Shown here one piece after another: positions 10,521 to 20,292 of a stretch of DNA of 64,000 nucleotides. A program made the position numbers and the translations under genes. The first letter of the stretch is position 1; each line of letters starts with the position of its first letter. The DNA is taken from contig JBCCYL010000003.1 in the NCBI GenBank assembly GCA_039189765.1, forward strand, positions 96,001 through 160,000. Reading direction: 5' to 3'. The notes beneath the pieces were generated by a model. The model was not told the DNA's origin. It searched no databases and saw only the letters and a list, made by a program, of their open reading frames with translations. Source of the stretch: Cyanobacteria bacterium P01_F01_bin.150 (lineage in GTDB: Bacteria > Cyanobacteriota > Cyanobacteriia > CAKZMO01).

Positions 10521-12719
10521 ATGGCAACTAAATTTCCAAAATTTAGCCAAGCCCTCGCCCAAGATCCAACGACTCGGCGGATCTGGTACGGGATTGCCAC
10601 TGCTCATGACTTTGAGAGTCACGACGGCATGACAGAAGAAAATCTTTATCAAAAGATTTTTGCTTCTCACTTTGGCCATCTGGCAATCATTTTCCTGTGG
10701 ACATCTGGCAACCTGTTTCACGTTGCTTGGCAAGGTAACTTTGAACAGTGGATTCAAGATCCTTTACATGTTCGTCCCATCGCCCATGCGATTTGGGATC
10801 CCCACTTTGGTAAAGGCGCAATTGATGCTTTTACCCAAGCAGGTGCTTCTGGCCCTGTGAACATTGCTTACTCTGGTGTGTACCATTGGTGGTACACCAT
10901 TGGGATGCGAACAGATGGTGACCTCTATGCAGGCTCCCTCTTCCTGTTGGTGCTGTCTACCCTCATGCTTTTTGCAGGTTGGTTGCACCTACAGCCCAAG
11001 TTTCGTCCAAGCTTGTCTTGGTTCAAGAATGCTGAATCCCGTTTGAATCACCATTTGGCTGGTTTGTTTGGTTTCAGCTCCATTGCTTGGACTGGTCACT
11101 TGGTGCACGTAGCTATTCCTGAGGCTCGGGGTGAGCATATCCGTTGGGGTAATTTCATTGCTCACTCCCCTCACCCTGCTGGGTTGATGCCATTCTTCAC
11201 CGGGAACTGGGGTGTGTATGCGAGAAATCCTGACACTTTAGAGCATGCGTTTGGTACTTCTGATGGTGCGGGTACTGCGATTCTTACCTTCTTGGGTGGA
11301 TTCCATCCCCAAACCGAAGCTTTATGGCTGACGGATATTGCCCATCACCATTTAGCCATTGGTGTTCTGTTTGTTATTGCTGGTCATATGTACCGGACAA
11401 ACTGGGGCATCGGTCACAGTATCAGAGAAATCTTAGATAGCCACATTCCCCCAAGCGGTAAGCTGGGAGCGGGTCATACAGGCTTGTATGATACTCTAAA
11501 CAACTCCTTGCACTTTCAGCTTGGATTGGCACTGGCCAGTTTGGGTGTGATAACCTCTTTGGTTGCCCAACACATGTATGCTATGCCCTCCTATGCCTTT
11601 ATTGCTAAGGCCTACACGACTCAAGCTGCACTTTATACTCATCATCAGTATATTGCTGGCTTCCTAATGGCAGGTGCTTTTGCTCACGGTGCCATCTTTT
11701 TTGTACGGGATTACGATCCTGTGGCTAATAAAGATAACGTGCTGTATCGGATGCTTGAGCACAAAGAAGCGATCATTTCCCACTTAAGCTGGATCTCTTT
11801 GTTCCTCGGATTCCATACTTTAGGGCTGTATGTGCACAATGATGTTGTAATGGCCTTTGGGACTCCTGAGAAGCAGATTCTGGTAGAGCCTGTGTTCGCT
11901 CAGTGGGTGCAAGCGGCTTCTGGTAAGGCGCTGTATGGTTTTGAGATTTTATTGTCTAATCCTGACAGTGCTGCTAATGGTGCGGCTGCTTGGCTACCAG
12001 GTTGGCAAAATGCTATCAATAGCAATGGCAACTCTTTGTTCTTGACTATTGGGCCTGGTGACTTTTTGGTTCACCATGCGATCGCTCTAGGGTTGCACAC
12101 CACTACTCTTGTTTTGGTCAAAGGTGCTCTGGATGCTCGTGGTTCTAAGCTGATGCCCGATAAGAAGGACTTCGGTTTTAGCTTCCCTTGTGACGGCCCT
12201 GGTCGTGGTGGTACTTGTGATATTGCTGCTTGGGATGCTTTCTACCTAGCCATGTTCTGGATGCTCAATACCATTGCTTGGCTGACCTTTTACTGGCATT
12301 GGAAACACTTGGCAGCATGGTCTGGTAATGTGGCCCAGTTCAATACGTCTTCAACTCACTTGATGGGTTGGTTCCGAGACTATCTCTGGCTAAACTCTGC
12401 CCAGTTAATTAATGGATACAACCCATTTGGGGTAAATAACCTTTCTGTTTGGGCTTGGATGTTCCTATTTGGACACCTTGTTTGGGCGACTGGTTTTATG
12501 TTCTTGATTTCCTGGCGTGGTTACTGGCAAGAGCTAATCGAAACGATTGTTTGGGCACACGAGCGTACTCCCCTAGCGAATCTTGTTCGTTGGAAGGATA
12601 AGCCTGTTGCATTGTCTATTGTTCAGGCCCGCTTGGTTGGTTTAGCTCACTTTACCATCGGCTTTTTCTTAACGTATGCTGCATTCTTGATTGCATCGAC
12701 CTCCGGTCGGTACGGCTAA
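10521..12719 (+). CDS. psaB: Photosystem I P700 apoprotein A2
   Basis: [10 protein letters not shown] start, [25 protein letters not shown]; 732 aa. Confidence 0.99.
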   Translation: MATKFPKFSQALAQDPTTRRIWYGIATAHDFESHDGMTEENLYQKIFASHFGHLAIIFLWTSGNLFHVAWQGNFEQWIQDPLHVRPIAHAIWDPHFGKGAIDAFTQAGASGPVNIAYSGVYHWWYTIGMRTDGDLYAGSLFLLVLSTLMLFAGWLHLQPKFRPSLSWFKNAESRLNHHLAGLFGFSSIAWTGHLVHVAIPEARGEHIRWGNFIAHSPHPAGLMPFFTGNWGVYARNPDTLEHAFGTSDGAGTAILTFLGGFHPQTEALWLTDIAHHHLAIGVLFVIAGHMYRTNWGIGHSIREILDSHIPPSGKLGAGHTGLYDTLNNSLHFQLGLALASLGVITSLVAQHMYAMPSYAFIAKAYTTQAALYTHHQYIAGFLMAGAFAHGAIFFVRDYDPVANKDNVLYRMLEHKEAIISHLSWISLFLGFHTLGLYVHNDVVMAFGTPEKQILVEPVFAQWVQAASGKALYGFEILLSNPDSAANGAAAWLPGWQNAINSNGNSLFLTIGPGDFLVHHAIALGLHTTTLVLVKGALDARGSKLMPDKKDFGFSFPCDGPGRGGTCDIAAWDAFYLAMFWMLNTIAWLTFYWHWKHLAAWSGNVAQFNTSSTHLMGWFRDYLWLNSAQLINGYNPFGVNNLSVWAWMFLFGHLVWATGFMFLISWRGYWQELIETIVWAHERTPLANLVRWKDKPVALSIVQARLVGLAHFTIGFFLTYAAFLIASTSGRYG

Positions 12720-12751
12720 CCTAGTTAGTTCAATCTAGGATGTAATATAGG

Positions 12752-12784
12752 AAATCCCCACGCCGTAAGGCGTGGGGATTTTTT
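12752..12784 (+). terminator. Rho-independent terminator of psaAB
   Basis: aaatccccacgcc-gtaa-ggcgtggggattt followed by a T run. Confidence 0.9.
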
Positions 12785-12879
12785 ATTGAGATAGAGATAA
12801 TAGCTGAGAATGGTAATGACATTCTTTGGGGTGAGGTTAAGAATGATTTGTTGAATGGAGGAGAGAGAGAAACGATCGC

Positions 12880-13331
12880 CTCTTTGTCCAAAATGATAAT
12901 GACACGTTGGTCGGCGATTGTTGCCCGTTGTTTTTCCTGCTCCGCCCGTTGTTTTTCCTGCTCAACCTGTCGTTCTGCTAACTTGGCCCGCTGGTCTAAT
13001 TCTAGAGGAGTGAGAAATTTGCGGCCATTCGGTTGATAAATCTCCAAATCTGTATGTTATCTTCTTGCCATTGTCGATAGGAACCTCGGTCTCCTTTGGG
13101 TCTACCAAACGTAACCATCGTATCGGGCGCTAGCGTTAGGGTATTGTTCCCTTCTACTGGATACCATAGTAAATCTCCTGCAACAAAGACATCGGACTGC
13201 TCAGCAAACAGGATCTCCAAATTTTCTTTAATGGTTACAATCCAGCGAAATTGTTTGGTATTGTCAGCCATTGGTTGCCCGGCACTGTCGGGGTAGATGA
13301 TGTCACTGCTGGTGGAACGAATGGCGGTCAT
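12880..13331 (-). pseudogene. Uma2-family endonuclease pseudogene (internal deletion plus frameshift)
   Basis: The N-terminus IIYPDSAGQPMADNTKQFRWIVTIKENLE...APDTMVTFGRPKGDRGSY jumps near 13045, in another frame, to the C-terminal LEIYQPNGRKFLTPLELDQRA...EQEKQRAEQEKQRA. The VFEILSP and YGVxEY core is absent. 3' boundary approximate. Confidence 0.85.
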
Positions 13332-13425
13332 AGGTCACTCCTTTGTGGCGATCGCAATCCAAACAAAATAGAGTTTCTAAGAATAGTATACGTATTGGTT
13401 ACCTGGGCATCGCCCGCATCGCTGA

Positions 13426-13530
13426 AAGGCAGAAGGCAGAAGGCAGAAGGTAGAAGCAGAATGGGGCGTTGGTTTACCTGTACGTAGTGCGTATTGCCTT
13501 CCTCATCTCCAAAATCCAAAATCCAAAATC
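13426..13530. repeat. Cyanobacterial heptamer tandem repeats (AAGGCAG)n and (CCAAAAT)n
   Basis: aaggcagaaggcagaaggcagaaggtagaagcag at 13426-13461 and ccaaaatccaaaatccaaaatc at 13509-13530. Confidence 0.85.
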
Positions 13531-13749
13531 GCTTGACTCTGACAAAAATTCAGCTGTGGATTACGCTGTCGCGTTTCTTTTATGCTCCTTGGGCTATATC
13601 CACCCTCTTGCTCCGGCTCCCCCAATCCAAAATCCAACATCTAAAGTCCGGTGGGCGATCGCTTTTGGTAGATAGAGGCGATACGTGCAAAGCACAGACA
13701 ATCCAACGCCATTTTGGCATTTGGATGATGAATCTGTCAGGTTTGTAGA

Positions 13750-13787
13750 TCGCGTAGGGTGTGTGTAGGCGACAGCCGTAACGCACC
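13750..13787 (+). repeat. GTAG-type REP-like element, copy 1
   Basis: tcgcGTAGggtgtgtgtaggcgacagccgtaacgcacc. Its reverse complement matches 21375-21412 at 37 of 38 positions. Confidence 0.85.
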
Positions 13788-13792
13788 GATAT

Positions 13793-14575
13793 TTAGCCAA
13801 AGCCGCCCAAAGATGTTTGGCTAAAGCTGCCTGCGCTTTGGCTGGCTCGTATAGCCGATTGGGAAAATATTTGAAACGCCTGACGAATATCCTTTTGGCT
13901 ATTACCCGGTGTCAGAATCCACTCATCGCGAATCCCCATTGCCCGAAATACATGATGGAAATCCGTTTGGCCATCATCAATGCCCATGCCCGCAACAATA
14001 TGATTTTCACTGCGCAACATAGCCTCCACCAGCGTTTTCACCTGTTTCGCCGTAGCCCGACTAGAGCCATCCGCCCCATCAGTAATGATTAAGGTTACCG
14101 TCCGTACTGGAACACCATTATCGTCAAACTCTTGAGTCTTCGCCAGCACCGTCCCCAGTAGCACCAGCGTTTGTTCATACAGCGGTGTACCTTTGTTGGG
14201 ATTGTAATTTTGGCTGTCCATCCGCACCGCCTGCTTGACCGGGCAGTAGGGATATAGCACCGCTCCGTTTAAATAGCGATTGTGTACCAGAATATTGTCC
14301 TGTTGTTTGGAAGTCGCCAACGCATCCAGAATTGTATTATGTCCGGCTCGCACCACCGCACTATTGCCTGAAAATTTAATCGACCCGGAATCATCCGGCA
14401 TAATCGTCATCAGCACCACTTCACTGGACATCACATCATCCACATGAATACCCAGCCCGGCCTGAATTTGGGCACCAATATCCACCACATTAAGCGCCTG
14501 CATTGACGCATTCGATAATAAACCATCCTCATGGGCAGTCTGAAACAGATTATCGATATTAGGAGTTGAAGTCAT
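13793..14575 (-). CDS. vWA-domain protein (TerY-like)
   Basis: MIDAS DDSGS (DxSxS), GTPLY and LIITDG motifs; GGAGAA RBS. Confidence 0.82.
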   Translation of the reverse strand: MTSTPNIDNLFQTAHEDGLLSNASMQALNVVDIGAQIQAGLGIHVDDVMSSEVVLMTIMPDDSGSIKFSGNSAVVRAGHNTILDALATSKQQDNILVHNRYLNGAVLYPYCPVKQAVRMDSQNYNPNKGTPLYEQTLVLLGTVLAKTQEFDDNGVPVRTVTLIITDGADGSSRATAKQVKTLVEAMLRSENHIVAGMGIDDGQTDFHHVFRAMGIRDEWILTPGNSQKDIRQAFQIFSQSAIRASQSAGSFSQTSLGGFG

Positions 14576-14903
14576 TGAAATTCTCCGAATTTTAGATTTT
14601 GGATTTTGAGATTACTGTCAAAAAATGCACGCAGAAATCCTGTGATGCGATAAGCCAGAGACCATGAGTGGCAGACCCTCACCGCACCTTAATTAATTGA
14701 ATGAACCCTTAAAGCCCTGAACGATTCTCTCCAACTCCCCTTAATCAAGCAGGGAATTCAGCTGAGACGTTCGGCGATCGCTCAGCCGAGCCGCTCACAT
14801 CGAAACCTAGCCCCCTCTCAAGCCAGGAAATTAGACATTTACAGAAAAAGACTACCGAATATTCACAGCAAATGGAGGTCAAGTGTTCCTGCTAATGACA
14901 CGT

Positions 14904-14932
14904 TCCCCTCCTGGGAGGGGCTAGGGGTGGGT
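14904..14932. repeat. Small cyanobacterial intergenic palindromic repeat
   Basis: cccctcc-tg-ggagggg hairpin followed by ctaggggtggg, inside the 540-nt spacer of the operon. Confidence 0.55.
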
Positions 14933-15115
14933 CTGATCGACACGCTAAACACATACCGCTTTTTAAGAGAGATTGAAGGGGATCTCTTCCCTTGTTTCCA
15001 GTGTCCCGCAGAAAAGCCCATCTGAGACTCTGCCTCAGACAAGATAGCGGAGCCAGAGTCTCCTGAAAGAGCACCCAGCCAGAGTCTGGGCACCAGGAAT
15101 TTTAGATTTTGGATT

Positions 15116-16159
15116 TTAGCTTAGCTCTATCCCTGGCCAAGTCTCGATCGCATCTATGGATTGCACCACCTTCATTCCCGCATCAGCAAATCGCTGAAAC
15201 GCACCATCTGCCTGATCCGTAAAGTCCACCACCCCCGGCACCACCACTGGAGACGTACAGTCCTCCAGCAGGTAGACTTTTTGGGCTAATGCCGGATCTT
15301 TGGCCTGAATTTCCGTAAGCAAATCATCGATTGTCCATGCGACACAGTGGCTCTTAGCCTGTCCCGCGATAATCACCGCATCAAAGTCCAGAAGCTTTTG
15401 GATAAAGCGAGTATTCTTCTGGGCAATGGGCCGACCATCGGGACCGTCTAATACCTCTGGTCGCAACACCGAGTAGTTTTCCGTTAAGGGGTTGCCGCCT
15501 TTGACCTCAAAATTTGTTTGGCTATTACGAGCCAGATTATGGAAAAAGCACGCTTCCTCCACCGCTGACACCAGCGCGTAGCTAATGCCCCCCAGCATGG
15601 CATGATAGGGCCAAATGGTCAGGGGATATTTGCCATCTTCACTCAGGCGCTTGGCATAGTGGAGAGCAAAGGATTGCAGCGCCATATAGTTGCCGTTGGC
15701 AATGCTGTAGGCGATCGCCGGATTGATTTTCCAGCGTCCCTGCTGCACATCATCCAAATCAATCATAGTTAGCGGTGCCGGATTTTCTCCCGCATCGTTA
15801 ATCCAAAAATCGCTATGGAAAATCTGCATCGCCGTATGGGTATCCAGCGTCGGCGCAATTTCCGTTATCATCCCCAAATTACGATAGATAAATTCGCACA
15901 GCCGCACATTATCCTCCACTGCCCCCGTCCCCGATCGCCCCCCAACAAATAGCTCAAAATCGGGAATACAGAACGTATTTTGGGCATCAATAATCATCAG
16001 ACAAATGCGGGTTTTATCCTTAGCAGCAGGGGGTAGCTGATGCTGCTTAGCCCACTGTTTGGCCTGGCCTGCTCTCTCTTGGTAGGGGACGCGCCACACT
16101 TCACCAACGCGGGTGCGATCAAAATGGGTAGGAATAGGAAGCTGGGTCAAGGTAGTCAT
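15116..16159 (-). CDS. Nicotinamidase-like (isochorismatase/cysteine hydrolase family) protein, long form
   Basis: Catalytic Asp in IIDAQNTFC, metal motif TLDTH, IWPYHAM, Lys in EVKG, nucleophile Cys in AGQAKSHCV. Start ATG 16159 after GGAGAA. Confidence 0.85.
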   Translation of the reverse strand: MTTLTQLPIPTHFDRTRVGEVWRVPYQERAGQAKQWAKQHQLPPAAKDKTRICLMIIDAQNTFCIPDFELFVGGRSGTGAVEDNVRLCEFIYRNLGMITEIAPTLDTHTAMQIFHSDFWINDAGENPAPLTMIDLDDVQQGRWKINPAIAYSIANGNYMALQSFALHYAKRLSEDGKYPLTIWPYHAMLGGISYALVSAVEEACFFHNLARNSQTNFEVKGGNPLTENYSVLRPEVLDGPDGRPIAQKNTRFIQKLLDFDAVIIAGQAKSHCVAWTIDDLLTEIQAKDPALAQKVYLLEDCTSPVVVPGVVDFTDQADGAFQRFADAGMKVVQSIDAIETWPGIELS

Positions 16160-16172
16160 AGCGTGTTCTCCG

Positions 16173-18140
16173 TTAGGTAAGTTGAAGTTGTTGAATGTGG
16201 TGGGCACTGACAGCGTAAAGACCAGAGGTCGCTGGCAGCAGACGACAGCTTGAATCTACAAAGGGTTCAGTGTCCGGAAATACCTTAGTTTGCATTAGCT
16301 GATCGTTTTGGCGGTCGATACGAATAATTCCTGTATCGGTGGCCGCCAGCAGAAAATCATTGACGGCATAGAAGGGACAAGGATCGATAAATAATGCTTT
16401 GGAATCGCCCAAATGTGCCAACCAATGCTCCAATCCTTGAGACGCTTTTGTTTCAGCCAGGACTGTACCGTCAGCATTAAGAACGATGCAGCGGTAGTGG
16501 ATCTGCCCCTGCTCCTGGGTAATTAAAAATAGCCAGCCACGGCTCGACTTTCGCACCGCTGAGCGGTTAAAACCGCAGGTGGCGTGAATCAGCGCTCCCT
16601 GCCATGTCGGAAGCTGGACCCGGTCGTTAATCCCAGGACGCTCCCCATCAAAGACAAACGCAACGGTTAATTCCCCTGCCTGATAAAAACCAAAGCCAAA
16701 GCGATCGCCCACCCATATTTGCGTATGTCCCCCTGGCAAGACCGTCCCCATAACTATGCTGCTGTCCTGAGCGATCGCGACTGATGTCTGCATCTGATTG
16801 CCCGATAACTGACGCCGCAATAGTTGTCCTTGATTGATCCAGTATTGGGATTGGGAATTTACGTCAAACTGGGCGATCGCGCCGTAACTCTCTACGGCTA
16901 AGCGGGACTGCGGTGAGACCAAACAAACCACCTGTCCCTGTTGACCAATAAGCGTAGTTCCACCCTGAATTCGCCAGCGGAGGTTGGGCATTAAAGAACC
17001 ATTTAGCAACACCGTGCCATCCTCTCGCTTAAACGCATCCTGCTCCCAATAGATCCAAGACAGCTTTCCAGCCTCAACCGTAGCCGATAAGATAATACCT
17101 TCGGTGGTAAAAACAGGCGTAACGGTAACATTCCCATAAACCGTTTCCGTTGGTATGGCGGACGCTTGACGAGACGCCTGAATAGGTGAAGACACCGTGC
17201 AGTTAGGACAGTGCGATCGCGCATGGTCAATCCCGCAGGTGGTGCAGGTGGTCCACCGAAGGCTTTCGAGGAGCGATCGCGGCAGCATACCCCGCCAATC
17301 CTGTTCAAACACTTGATGAAAATGCTGCAAGAGTTCATCCGGCAGGCAGTCGTACGGTAAAGCAGGCTTGGGATAGCGCACCTCTGGGTGAAACACAGTA
17401 ATCCGCTTCAATGACCGGGCACTTTGGGGAACGCGCTGACTTTTATCCTTGGGTTTATGCACACCACCATAAGGATCGACAAACAACAAACACTGCATCA
17501 GCATTACCGAAAAGGCATACCAGTCGGATTCCACCGTATGGGACTGCTGTAGTATCGGTTGATTCGCATCAGGGTCACAAAGTAACGGATCGACAAAGCG
17601 GGCCGTAAACATAGGACAGGAAAACGCTCCAAACTGAAAGGAATCGGTATCAATAATGTACGCTGACCTATCCTTGACCAGCACGTTTAAATCATTAAAA
17701 TCGCCAATTACAACGTTCTGCTGATGTAGCTGGGTGATAGTGCGGTGCAAATCCAAGAAGATATCCACCACGGTTTGAGCCGCAATCCCCTGGCGGAAAG
17801 CGCGATCGCCATACCTCAACAATACCTCCGTATCCTTTACCAACGGCATGGTGTAGCCTAATATCTGCCGCTCTCGCTTATCCATCGCTAACTCTTGGGG
17901 ACTAATCACTCGTTCCGGTAAGCCCACCGGAAACTGACGGAGCTTTTGCTGATGCTGGCGGAGGCGATCGCGTGCGGCTTGCTGAGCCTCTGGCATCCCC
18001 GCAAAGTCTGGGTGGTCAGGGGGCTTAAAGACCTTTATGGCGCGATCGCGTCTCCATTGAAAGACGTCTGCTTCTCCTCCCTTGCCAATGGCATTTTTTG
18101 CAGTGAGCCGAACTTTTTGCTGATTAACGTAAATATCCAT
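16173..18140 (-). CDS. Ser/Thr protein kinase (YegI/TerY-P type) with CxxC-CxxC Zn ribbon and beta-rich C-terminal domain
   Basis: IGKGGEADVF, AIKVF, catalytic loop IGDFNDLN, IDTDSF in place of DFG, DWYAF; CTTC...CPNC. Confidence 0.88.
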   Translation of the reverse strand: MDIYVNQQKVRLTAKNAIGKGGEADVFQWRRDRAIKVFKPPDHPDFAGMPEAQQAARDRLRQHQQKLRQFPVGLPERVISPQELAMDKRERQILGYTMPLVKDTEVLLRYGDRAFRQGIAAQTVVDIFLDLHRTITQLHQQNVVIGDFNDLNVLVKDRSAYIIDTDSFQFGAFSCPMFTARFVDPLLCDPDANQPILQQSHTVESDWYAFSVMLMQCLLFVDPYGGVHKPKDKSQRVPQSARSLKRITVFHPEVRYPKPALPYDCLPDELLQHFHQVFEQDWRGMLPRSLLESLRWTTCTTCGIDHARSHCPNCTVSSPIQASRQASAIPTETVYGNVTVTPVFTTEGIILSATVEAGKLSWIYWEQDAFKREDGTVLLNGSLMPNLRWRIQGGTTLIGQQGQVVCLVSPQSRLAVESYGAIAQFDVNSQSQYWINQGQLLRRQLSGNQMQTSVAIAQDSSIVMGTVLPGGHTQIWVGDRFGFGFYQAGELTVAFVFDGERPGINDRVQLPTWQGALIHATCGFNRSAVRKSSRGWLFLITQEQGQIHYRCIVLNADGTVLAETKASQGLEHWLAHLGDSKALFIDPCPFYAVNDFLLAATDTGIIRIDRQNDQLMQTKVFPDTEPFVDSSCRLLPATSGLYAVSAHHIQQLQLT

Positions 18141-19065
18141 AATTTTTCCTCATCACTACCAACGTCGTGTCGTCTGGCAGCAATCCTCCAGTTTTAATAA
18201 GCTGTTGGCTAGCCCAGTCTGGCGTTGTCCGCTCACGATTAATTAGGGCCAACCGTCGTCGAACCATGTCAGGATTTTGAAAGTAGCGATCGCCCTGCCA
18301 AAACTGACTGAGATCGCCAATCGGTTCAGGGTTATTCGATAGTTTGCTTGGAAGTGAATGAGAAGCGATTGCCCTCAGATCCTCTACGCCATCGCTACCA
18401 ATCAGAATCGATCGCACCTCTGATGTTGGCGCTTGATAATGCATGGCAAATTGTAGTTTTTCAGGGATAAAGGATGTGTAGCCTTCCGGCATCAGACCAT
18501 AGGCTAAATAAGGCGGTGCATTATTGGAAAATGGCCCAATGGAGAACACGTCATCATTGACGGCAAAGACACCATCGCCGACCCCAAACACAAGGGTTGT
18601 CTCAGGAGTCATAACGGCCCCAATGACGGTGAATAGTAAATAGGATTGAATAATTGACCAGTTGGTGATGTCAGATGAGGACGGCTGGAGGGTCGTAATC
18701 AGCGATCGCATCTTTCCCAACACATCCTGCTGTACCCGACGCCATAATTGAGGGTCTGTAATATCAGCACGAACTTGGAGCTGGGCAGCAACGGCATTTA
18801 CAACCCACTTTGCGCCTAACCTTGCGCCGACCTCGCTAAAGGGACCGCTCCCACAGCCATCACAGACAACGGCGATCGCCCCGGTATTTCCTGCTTGCTG
18901 CGGATAACTAGATGACTCGACACTGTCTTTATCTTCAATCGTCGGCAGCTCTAAATAACGCCAGGCAAATGCGTCCTGATTATTCTGGCCTTTACGTCGA
19001 TGGACGTGCCCCTGGACAGAGCCAGCGGCAATCTCAATATGTTGTTGAGTAGGGTGCTGCTGCAT
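18124..19065 (-). CDS. PP2C-like protein phosphatase (PP2C_2/YegK type)
   Basis: GSVQGxxH...NNQDAF, VVCDGCGS, GVGDG, GSDG, DDTT motifs. Overlaps the kinase start by 17 nt. Start ATG 19065 after GGAG. Confidence 0.88.
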   Translation of the reverse strand: MQQHPTQQHIEIAAGSVQGHVHRRKGQNNQDAFAWRYLELPTIEDKDSVESSSYPQQAGNTGAIAVVCDGCGSGPFSEVGARLGAKWVVNAVAAQLQVRADITDPQLWRRVQQDVLGKMRSLITTLQPSSSDITNWSIIQSYLLFTVIGAVMTPETTLVFGVGDGVFAVNDDVFSIGPFSNNAPPYLAYGLMPEGYTSFIPEKLQFAMHYQAPTSEVRSILIGSDGVEDLRAIASHSLPSKLSNNPEPIGDLSQFWQGDRYFQNPDMVRRRLALINRERTTPDWASQQLIKTGGLLPDDTTLVVMRKNYGYLR

Positions 19066-19087
19066 AGGAATGCGGCTCCTTTTTGAA

Positions 19088-19149
19088 TAGTGTAAATAAA
19101 ACACTTATCCCGACGCTTCCATGTTAGTGTTCAAAATACACTATGTCAA
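19088..19149 (-). promoter_or_regulatory. Sigma70-type promoter with two NrtR-like operators
   Basis: Minus strand TTGACA (19149-19144)-17 nt-TAACAT (19126-19121). Palindromes TAGTGT-N7-ACACTA (19125-19143) and TAGTGT-N7-ACACTT (19088-19106). Confidence 0.78.
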
Positions 19150-19224
19150 GATAGAGTTTTGCTATTCCTCTGTTAGAAGTCTGTATGCGTTGAAATAATT
19201 GGGGGATAGCCTATAGGTTTAAAT

Positions 19225-20292
19225 TTAAGAGACCAGAATATGGCCCATGCAAAGTCCAATCAGCAGACCAACAGCAGCACTGATAGCAAAGACTTGACTT
19301 CTTGCCCGCTGCGTATATCCCAGAGTTTTCATTTCAACCCAGCCAATTGCCCCTAATCCAAGTCCTCCGATGCCCAAAAACAGCAAAATAGCCATGGGAA
19401 AACGACCAGACACAATTACCGTACGGCCATAGCCCGCAAACAGCCAGTTGGCGCTACTAATGAAAAGAGTTGCAATTCCTGCGACCCATAAGCTGTCAGA
19501 CAAGGCTTTGCGCCAAGACCACCCTAAAAATTTCAAACTGACGATAAGGGTTAACAGGACCAACCCAGCAAACAACAGCGCCCAGAGAGAAAGGCCAATA
19601 CTGACTAGGGTGGCGATCGCACCACACACTGGCAAAAACCAAACCAGCGCCTCATCCCAAGCCACAATCAAGGCACTACTCCAAACCAAAAGTCCTGCCC
19701 CCACTCCCGTCTGATATAGTCCCAGCAAAATTCCCAAACACACATACCCCAGGATTAATAGTGCGAGAGGAGGGCGGGGAAGTTTTGTCCAGTGCTGTAA
19801 AGTAAGACGAGTGTAAGCAGGAGTAGCGAGAGTTTGTGGCCGCGAAAGCGTTACGGAAGCTGGGATCTGGGATCTAGGCAATGTAGCTTCAGGGTTATCA
19901 GGCACAGGAGTAGACAACGGGGTTGCAGTTGATTCTACGACCGGGATTCTTAATTCATCAGGGCGTACAGCCTCGGGTAAGTGCTCAATATCACTCGGCG
20001 AAAATTGAGCACCGTCTAATTGTGCCTGCTCCCAAACAATGCCCTCCAACTGGGCACCACGAACGTTGGCCTTTTTTAGATTGGCTCCCGTGAAATTTGC
20101 GTGGCTGAGGTTTGCTTTATACAGATTAGCGGTGAAAAGATTGGCCTGTTCAAACTGAGCATGGGAGAGATTGGCTCTGCTAAAATCGGCCCCCACCAAC
20201 TCTGCGCCTCTTAAATCAGCGTGACGTAAATCGATCCATTTAAAATTGCGCTTGCCCGTTTTATACAAGTCTAAAAATTCCGCCACATTCAT
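19225..20292 (-). CDS. Pentapeptide-repeat protein with multi-TM C-terminal domain
   Basis: A(D/N)LxxA pentapeptides (ADLRGAELVGADFSRANLSHA...), a Pro-rich linker and several hydrophobic helices. Confidence 0.88.
   Translation of the reverse strand: MNVAEFLDLYKTGKRNFKWIDLRHADLRGAELVGADFSRANLSHAQFEQANLFTANLYKANLSHANFTGANLKKANVRGAQLEGIVWEQAQLDGAQFSPSDIEHLPEAVRPDELRIPVVESTATPLSTPVPDNPEATLPRSQIPASVTLSRPQTLATPAYTRLTLQHWTKLPRPPLALLILGYVCLGILLGLYQTGVGAGLLVWSSALIVAWDEALVWFLPVCGAIATLVSIGLSLWALLFAGLVLLTLIVSLKFLGWSWRKALSDSLWVAGIATLFISSANWLFAGYGRTVIVSGRFPMAILLFLGIGGLGLGAIGWVEMKTLGYTQRARSQVFAISAAVGLLIGLCMGHILVS

Noticed and set aside
8230..12719. Far-red (FaRLiP) psaA2/psaB2
   Set aside because: Lengths are ordinary (754/732 aa) and no rfpABC, chlF, psb or apc paralogues are adjacent.
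12730..13047. Stand-alone 105-aa gene
   Set aside because: It is the out-of-frame tail of the Uma2 pseudogene running on into the psaB terminator.
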